The notes below the pieces were generated by a model. That model did no database searches. It saw only the letters and a program-made list of their open reading frames with translations, and had not been told where the DNA came from. DNA of 64,000 bases, from positions 149,978,001-150,042,000 of the forward strand of contig OX597815.1 of the NCBI GenBank assembly GCA_951406725.2. Direction: 5' to 3'. The position numbers and the translations under genes are program-made. How positions within the stretch are numbered: position 1 is the first letter of the stretch; each line of letters opens with the position of its first letter. The stretch comes from Octopus vulgaris. Taxonomy: Eukaryota. Positions 55,252 to 64,000 of the stretch are shown piece by piece.

Positions 55252-55907
55252 GTTATAGAGTACCACATATAAATGTTCAACGATGTAAATTATCCAGTCT
55301 TCAATCTACCTTTCCTTCTCACTTTTCTTTTTCTCCTCCGCATTCTCTCCTTTCCTACCCCCTTTTTTGTCTCCGAAATCTTACAATCTCTTTATGACAT
55401 TCTACGATTGATACCCTCAATATATCTGTTTTTAAATCACATTCCCAATTTCAGATATCTGTTATGACATATTAATGTCTATTCTCCCTATTAAAATATC
55501 CATAAAATTGGGTATTTGTGTAACAGAAAATTACTCTGTTAATAGATTCCTATTTACAAACGCTAAGTCTCAATAGTTGGGCGGCCTAAAACGTATGTAA
55601 ACCATTTAAAATCTTTAGAAATTGACGCAAGCGATTTCGACGAAAATTCGAAGCATCCGTCAACCATTTTACAATTATAAATAGGAATTTAATACTAGAA
55701 TTTATTGATAGACACTTCAATAAATGTGTGACAGGTTTCAATCACATTTAAATATAATTACACGTCCAAACAAATAGCGATGCTTTATATAAATACATTG
55801 CATATATAAACGTATAGATTTAACCCATATCAAAACTCACTTTGTCTCCCCCTCTCCCTCTCTCTCTATATATATATAAAGAGAGAGAAAGATAGATTGA
55901 TATATAG

Positions 55908-55947
<40 letters not shown>

Positions 55948-56135
55948 ATCTATCGATATTTTATTTTATTTTTCTTTAGTTTATTTTATATATATTAAAT
56001 ATTTTACTCGATTTGTATATACTTTTTCTTGAGAGGCCCTTCTATATATTTTGTATTTTAATATATGATTATATATATTTTTTATCTCTGTGTTAATATG
56101 TGTTTCTTTTATATTTGAAGGCCATGCTATTATTT

Positions 56136-56171
56136 GTATCTGATGAAATATATGGAAACTTGGAGTAATAT
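56136..56171 (+). ncRNA. Degenerate minimal hammerhead-like motif
   Basis: GTAT-CTGATGA-AATATATG-GAAA-CTTGGAG-TA-ATAT. Stem I and a near-palindromic stem III are present; stem II is essentially lost. Confidence 0.4.
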
Positions 56172-56738
56172 AAATTCTTTGGCCCGATTTTCATGTCCAT
56201 TCTCTAATAAATAATTTCTTTGTCTCTGTCTCAATTTCGATTGACCACTTCTTTTCTGCAGTCCTAACTACCTTTTTTGTTTCCATAAAGGGAAACGAAA
56301 ATTATGTCTTGTCATATATATATATATATATTGCGGGCGCGTGTGTGTATGTGTGTGTGCTTGTGTGTGTGTCTGTGTTGCGTGTTTGTATAAATAAATA
56401 AAATACAATGGACAGATGTAAATGTATTACAGCTCTTTCAAACGAACTTTCACCTTGATTAAAAAGTATATTATATCAATATTACAAAAAAACAGTTATC
56501 TTCAGATGAGTATGTGAACCACAATATTATGACAACCCCAAATATTTCATGATTGATTCCGCGGCTTTCTGCGACTAGTCAACTATTGGAAAGGTTGCAA
56601 GATGCAACGAAAATTTAAGGAAAAAGAAATAACTGAGTGAAAACCAGTGTGTTAAATTAAATCGCACTAAAAGAGAATGATTCTCACCAAACACAAAAAA
56701 ATATGCTTCAAACTCACAGAAACGATCTTGCAAACCAA

Positions 56739-56819
<81 letters not shown>

Positions 56820-56830
56820 TGTGTATGTGT

Positions 56831-56888
<58 letters not shown>

Positions 56889-56984
56889 TGTGTTTGTGTA
56901 CTTGTGTGTATAAGAAATCCATAGATTGACATAGTATAAGCTACTAAATAAAATGCAATATATCTATTGGAAAAATATGTTTAA

Positions 56985-57197
56985 TCTTTTCTACTCTAGG
57001 CACAAGGCCCGAAATTTTGGAGGGGGTGCAGTCACTTAGATCGACCCGAGTACGCAACTGGTACTTAATTTATCGACCCCGAAAGGAAGAAAAGGCAAAG
57101 TCGATCTAAGCGGAATTTGAATTCAGAACGTAAAGACAGACGAAATACCGCAAGGCATTTCGTCCGGCGTGATAATGTTTCCTTCAGCTCACTACCG
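56985..57197 (-). mobile_element. SINE family M copy
   Basis: Homology to family M. Confidence 0.85.
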
Positions 57198-57461
57198 TAA
57201 CTATATATTTACTCGTGTTGCATATGGAACATTTCCTCCTTAAATACCTCACATTCAGCTAGAAATTAGGGACGACGATGTAAACATATATATATATATA
57301 TATATATATACATATGTATGTATGTACGTATGTATGTATGTATGTATGTATGTATGTATACGTACACTTATATATTAATATATAAAGATATGTATATATA
57401 TATACGTCTGTGTATGTGTGTGTGTGTGAGTGTGTCTATCTCTTTCTTTCTCTCTCTCTAT

Positions 57462-57515
<54 letters not shown>

Positions 57516-58039
57516 GCATGTTTCTGCTGGCGCCACAATCCAGTTTCAAATGCTAAAATATGAAGAAATTCTCGCCTACCTCTAACAAACTCGAATGATA
57601 TCTACTTGAATATATGTAAATATAGCGAAAATGATATATAAGTAAATAGAAATATAAACAACTTTATTATTTCTACTATAAATCATGTGATCTCTGGTTA
57701 TAAGATTAGCAACGAAGATGTTTTGTTTTTGTCTCTTATATTCACTTCATTTTTCTTGTAGGATTCTCGTCTCGAATTCAATTCAAAATTGCATATTGTA
57801 GAGCTCAGATTGCATATCATTAATTTCTCATTTTATCGTCCGTTATAATTCCGTCTCGAAAGCCTTCTTTTCCTCCTCCAACACTTCCCTTTTGACAGTA
57901 CGTGTATATATACGCAAGTGTGTCGATGTCACTCTGCCTGCACACATATATATTGAAATGGATAGATGTGTGTGTGGTGTGAACACATCCGTTTCTATTA
58001 CTTTTGCATGTGTATGTGTATATATATGCATGAATATAA

Positions 58040-58156
<117 letters not shown>

Positions 58157-58216
58157 CACCTATACACATATATCGATAGATAGATATACACACATGTACG
58201 TACATATATTTGTGTG

Positions 58217-58254
<38 letters not shown>

Positions 58255-58644
58255 CGTGTATTGTTATATATATTCCATATATAGTATATTTCATTATTCA
58301 AATATTTATGTATACTGCCAAACAGCTACGTAGATATAACACGTATAAATAATCGAAAATTCCTTCAAAACTTGTTGTACGCCTCTATATGATATGCGCA
58401 TATACGTTGTTAGAGATGCAGATGATCGAGACAGATTTATAAGCCTCTAAGCAATGTTTGAAATAAATTAATATATTTAAATCTACTTTCTTAAGTGTCG
58501 AACGCTTTATCTAATTTGCGGATGCCTTGGTTTTCAAGAACACAAACATCTCACAAAACCAATCGTTTCCATCGTCTTGTCAAAAAAAGAAAATTTGTTA
58601 CTAACGCAGGCGCAGTAGTGGCTGTGTGGTAAGTAGCTTGCTTA

Positions 58645-60641
58645 TTTCTGAATAGTGTGGACGCGTATTTTTCGCGGCGGAAGTCATGTCGGTGTGTGTC
58701 AGCGTCATGAAATAATTAAGCACGACTACTAACTAAGACATCTGGGGGGTTTTCCGGACCAAGTGGAGGACTGTTGCTCATATTATTTATTTGATCGTCG
58801 AACAAGAGGTCTCCACTGGGTTCCATGCATTTTTCTGCCAGTGGTCGTGCTTAAAGTCTCACTTAGTTGTGAAAAGTGTGTTTTGGGAGGTGTATTCCTC
58901 CTGAAAATTGTGTTATTTTAACTGCTATATTTTACTGGTATTTCTAGCTGTTTTGTGCCTGTGGATTACCATTTTGGCCAGGAATACCGGGACGACAGCT
59001 AGGAAAATTATTGTTTTTTGTGTCTCACTTAATTCTGAGAAACCAAAATCGAAATTTTTAGCTGCGACTGAACACCGCGGATTACCTCAGTAGCAGAATT
59101 GTGTTGCCATTTGAATGTCTTCTATCGTTTTGTTTCTCTCTAAGGTCTTTCCATTCTTTTTTGTTTTTATTATTGACTTTAATTTGGATTTTAGTACTTT
59201 TGTGTTGAACATTGTACATTTTATTTATTTTTCCTCAATATGGCAGCAAAAAATACTGTTTTGGAGTGGTAAATAGTGGCCACCAAACAGTAGTTGCAAA
59301 ATTTTTCTGAGAGAACGGTGGTGTTAAGAACCTATTCTAAGGGTCTTGACAAAATCACTATGTTCTCACAGACAGACATTGAAAAAGAGTTGGCGGAGTA
59401 CCTGCCAACGATTAAGTTTATCCAAAGGGGTGTTAAATACATGACAGTGTGTGCTGTTTGACACCCCTGCTAAGGATTTCGCGAGCAGACCATTAGAAGG
59501 GGAGAAATTTTTGTTTCTCCCCACTTATGAAGGGAGGGGGAGACTGACAAGAGCTTGGGTGTATGGGCTGTCACCCAGCATATAGCTTGAATGGATAGAG
59601 AATTCTCCCTGCGGCTGATAGGGTGGCGTCAAAAACAATTTTGACCCTATGGGCCCAATCAGCCGATGACCTGGTTTTGCCAGATTTTTTAATATAGGCG
59701 TAGGAGTCATCTGTGCCTGCAATTAGGCCACATGAAGACGAGGTGCCACCGGGTTCAAGCAAATGTCCTGGAGCGGTTAATAGAAGACGAGCCCCCTGTT
59801 CCCCCATTGGAGGAATAGAGGGAGGAAATCGAATGGGTGGCAAACCTCTCAAAAAAGAGAGAAAAAGAAAGTGGGCATCAATGGTTGCCTGTCAATGGAT
59901 CCTGAGGCAGTGAAAGAAATGGAAGGACTTCAGACAAGACGGAGGAACCCCACCCTCCCGTCGTAAGGCAAAAGGGGAAACGAAAAAGAACGGGATTTTG
60001 CCGGCGGTTGATAGTGAATTGTCAGCATGCTTGGAAACTTTGTTGGTGGATGTGTGCCACCGACAGAGGAAACAACGGCCCCTCCCAGGAGATATGATTT
60101 TATCATCTTCTTCAGTGCAATATAGAGCTATGTAGAGAAGCTGGATTACTGGAGGGGGGAACCCATGCCCTGAACAGAGGACGAGAAATGGCCTTCGCAG
60201 GTGACTACGAAATTCATATCGGATGTCGCTCTGGTCAGGTTGATGGACCCATTCTCGATGGACATGTTTAGATACGCTTCCTGGGGCCCCGACCTGGATC
60301 TGGAGCATTGCCTAAGGGAGGCGTACAGCCTGGTCGGGGAGGAGGATGATTGAGATTTGTGCATAATATTTATAGATATTATATGTGATTATTGAACTAT
60401 GATGTTGTTTGTAATGGACAGTTAAGTTAAAAAATTGTAAAAGTTGTAAGAGGTTTAATACCTCGTTTTTTGTTTGCTTTTAAAAACACTGTTTTAGAGA
60501 AGCAAAAGTCGACGGGCGCTTTTTGTCTTCTCCCGTCCTTATCATCCTTGCTTCGTTATCATTCATTACATTAATGTCCTTGTCCAGCCCGCAAAGCCAC
60601 TATACTCTATGTACTGCATTTATGCCAAATATAATGATATA
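58645..60641 (+). mobile_element. ORF1-only L1/Tx1-like retroelement, copy 2, inserted in a SINE A head
   Basis: Decayed ORF 59240-~60352: MAAKNTVLEW*IV..ERTVVLRTYS..IQRGVK..SHLCLQLGHMKTRC. 3' UTR homologous to 43866-44020. SINE A head on the left (58607-58644) continues on the right (~60642-60730). Confidence 0.82.
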
Positions 60642-60777
60642 AAATACCTTGCCCCACCAACCACATGTATCTGCGTTCAGTCCCACTGCATGGCACTTGG
60701 ACAAGTGTCTCCTACTATAGCCTTGTGAGTAGATATATATATATATATATATATATATAGAAGAGAGAGAGAGAGAC

Positions 60778-60859
<82 letters not shown>

Positions 60860-60862
60860 TGA

Positions 60863-60913
<51 letters not shown>

Positions 60914-61007
60914 CACATAAATACTATATACATAGCATATATATATATATTTATATATATAGAAGGAGTTTACATATATACATATATATACATATACATA
61001 CATGATG

Positions 61008-61077
<70 letters not shown>

Positions 61078-61099
61078 AGATAGATATATATATATGGTG

Positions 61100-61280
61100 G
61101 GGGAAATCAAGATAGAAAATGCTAGAATAATTTTATAAAAAGACGTTTTAGTACCGCTTTCAGTCATTGAGACTTTCTCAACTGTAAATAAGGATAACAA
61201 TTAAATTTGGGAAACATTTCACAGTAATGTTTATTAAAAGAATATTTGCATAGTGTTCAAATACAAGTGGCATTTTCCTT
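61100..61280 (-). repeat. Sister copy of the 4868-5032 repeat with U3-A8 hammerhead-like motif
   Basis: Minus strand CAG-TTGAGAA-AGTC-TCAAT-GACT-GAAA-GCGG-TA-CT at 61150-61184. Confidence 0.65.
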
Positions 61281-61420
61281 GTTTCAGTTTCGGTCTACCA
61301 AATCCACTTACAAGATTTTTGTCGACTCGAGGCTCTAGTGGAAATCACTTGCCCAAGTTGCCACGCAGTCAGGAACAACCCGTAAACATGTGGTTGAGAA
61401 GCAAGCTTTTTACCACAGAG
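61281..61420 (-). mobile_element. SINE family A head fragment
   Basis: TTTCAGTTTCGGTCTACCAAATCCACT...TTGCCCAAG...TACCACAGAG. Confidence 0.8.
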
Positions 61421-63325
61421 TCGCGTACCATATGCATGCGTATATACATATATGTACACACACACACACACACACATTTCTATATGTATGTATGTATATA
61501 TATATGTACACCGTCGTATGCATACTTATGAGACTCCACTTCCAAGCGATCACATGCTCCTAGCGAAAAGTATGTAGGTCATTTTAGTTATATTTTATTT
61601 CAGGGAGTTGTGTCAAACGAAATCATAGTCATTTTTAAGTAAACAACTATTGCAATTCCTTTTTGTATAATGCATTTCTGTTGTATCTCACGTATGAGGT
61701 ACGATATCCTTGCAAATCGTTCTACTCATGTTACAGGTAATAACCTTCGACAATATGCAATTCTCGGCTTTACACTGCCCTGAAGGCACCCTGCATGCGT
61801 CCATTTATATTGTGGTACATCCATTAGGAGCCAACGAATAGGGTTGTTCTACTTCCAGGCAACAATATCCTTATCTCAAGGTCACATTGAATTTAAATAT
61901 TCGTTGATATCTTGTAGATCTTATACCAAGGAACCAGTTTTGAGAATCGAGTTCCTTACATTGTAGAGCAATGCAATACTGATATTTGTTCTTCTCAAAA
62001 ATGACAAAATATGTTCTCATGTGCCAAACAATTTGTATTGCGTACATTACGTGCTTATCATTTATATCCTATTCTCTTTTGCTTGGAGTTAAGCATATGC
62101 AGTGAATACCATTAGGTATTATCCCACTCTCACATATCTAATAGCTTTACTTACTGGTATTTTCTCGAACGTTTCTGTAAGAAATGTGGTGAAATTTATT
62201 ATGTATACACATAGCCTCTCCTAACATGTCTTATTTACCGAAGCAGAATAAAAAAGGTAAGCCAAATAGAAACGACTAATATCACAAAACACTCCGTGGG
62301 CGTAAGCCTAAAATCATTAAGCTTAATCAAACTGGACAAGGGAAGATGCCAATATACACTTCAGTGTACGGCTATTCTTCATCCATACAAGTGTAATTCT
62401 ATAATCAATTACGCGGCAGTAATGTTTGCACTTGCATGTCACAAATGTTACTTGGGATGTCATTTTAACGTACGATGTAAAACGAAGTACAGGAAAAAGT
62501 ATACTACACTGTCTCATCACGTCAACATCCACCACCACCACCACCGATTAGTAAATTTTGAGCACTTCACTTGTCGTTGAAGCATAACAAACAGGAACCC
62601 AGAGAAAATGAAGCCAGCGTAATTTGGTTGCGCTTTGAAGATTTAATCTTATAGACTCTGCTTTAAATATATATAACGACGATGAAATCTAAATATGTCC
62701 AGTAGAACTTAACAACAACAATTGACGCAATGCCTGTTATCAAATATTTATACTGTGGTAGGTTAATCACTATACGTATCATCATCTTGTGGTAATATTT
62801 TCCCTATCTGTTTCAAACAATTTTCACACTGTCAGTTCTTATTTCCTTCTTTGCATATGTTTCTGCCTTTATCATTTCGAAGATAGAATTTCTTTCTTCT
62901 GATATCTCAATTGAAATATTTAATATTTCTTCAGATTCTATTAAGAAACAACTCTTCAATTTCCTGACATAATTTGCGTCATTGTTTGTGCATTAAACAT
63001 TTCCCTTTCGTAATTGTCTTCTACTCGTGTTTCATTGCAATATAAGTATCAATTTCGATTCTATAATATATTTGCAAGCTATTATCATTTCGACATTTAT
63101 AGTGGATTTAATACTTACTTTTAAATAGATCTTATCGTAGTCTGTCTTCAATTATGAAAATATATACTGCTTTTCGAGTAAAATGCTTCAGAATAATATC
63201 GATATTTCACACTTTACGGCGAGTCGTGGTATAGAACGAAAGAATGCAAAATGGAAGTATTGTTTTGTTCACACTTCTTTCGCGTCACCTATACATCTAA
63301 TACATAATTTTAAATACATGTGGAT

Positions 63326-63539
63326 ACTTTTTTTACTCTAAGCACAAGGCCCGAAATTTTTCGAGAGATGGCCAGTCGATTAGATCGACCTCAGTACGCA
63401 ACTAGTACTTAATTTATCGACCCGGAAAAGATGAAAGGCAAAGTCGACCGCCGTGGAATTTGAACTCAAAACGTAAAGACAGATGAAATACTGCTAAGCA
63501 TTTCGCCCGGCGTTGTAACGTTTCTGCTAGCTCACCGCC
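63326..63539 (-). mobile_element. SINE family M copy with 15-bp TSD
   Basis: TSD TAAATACATGTGGAT at 63311-63325 and 63540-63554. Confidence 0.9.
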
Positions 63540-63685
63540 TAAATACATGTGGATTCTGGCATAACAATGTAACTAAGAAGCTCGCTTTGTAACTAAAGGC
63601 TTCGTGTTCCGTTTCACTTTGCAGTACATTAAACAAGTGTCTTCTTAAATAGCCAGAGAGGGCCAACAATTTGTGACAGGTTTTA

Positions 63686-63891
63686 GAAGGAGTACTGAGA
63701 ATTCCTGGCTTTAAGGGTATCACGAAAAGATCTCCTGCGAGGCCCAACCTTCCGATTTCTTCTATCTTTTACAGGGCATAGAAAACATGAAGGACCATTG
63801 CAATAAATGTGTGAATCTGAGAGGGGAAGATGTTGAATAAAGTCTTGTATTTTATCTTACCCAAAGCCAGGAACCTTCCAGCAGCCCCTTG
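63686..63891 (+). mobile_element. mariner-derived MITE
   Basis: TA-flanked TIRs; internal GIENMKDHCNKCVNLRGEDVE* is a mariner transposase C-terminus. Confidence 0.85.
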
Positions 63892-63919
63892 TATATATGT
63901 GTGCATATATATATATATA

Positions 63920-63966
<47 letters not shown>

Positions 63967-64000
63967 GTATGTATGTATGTATGTACGTATGTGCGTGTGC

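Noticed and set aside
61690-62150. Possible decayed Gypsy integrase on the minus strand (LLMDVPQYKW)
   Set aside because: A single weak motif amid many stops; needs a profile search.

Overview
Eukaryotic, AT-rich and extremely microsatellite-rich DNA with no host protein-coding gene that I can support. Most of the listed ORFs are translations of (TA)n, (CA)n, (TAGA)n and (TATG)n arrays. The SINE repertoire suggests an Octopus-type cephalopod genome (inference from recalled repeat families, not a database hit). The window is a layered set of decayed mobile elements: a deleted CR1-group LINE, R4/Dong- and HERO-like restriction-endonuclease LINE remnants, Penelope-like element (PLE) fragments, Tc1/mariner transposons and MITEs, and four tRNA-derived SINE families. 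Most notable: (1) two independent copies of a ~2-2.2 kb ORF1-only (CCHC zinc knuckle) L1/Tx1-like element, each inserted at the same position in the tRNA-like head of one SINE family; (2) a tRNA-headed SINE carrying a PLE-type minimal hammerhead ribozyme motif; (3) several further hammerhead motifs, including a candidate U3-A8 core variant; (4) two more apparently site-specific elements with similar 3' tails, one targeting (GATA)n and one forming tandem arrays inside SINE heads. All coordinates were read by eye and element boundaries are approximate.
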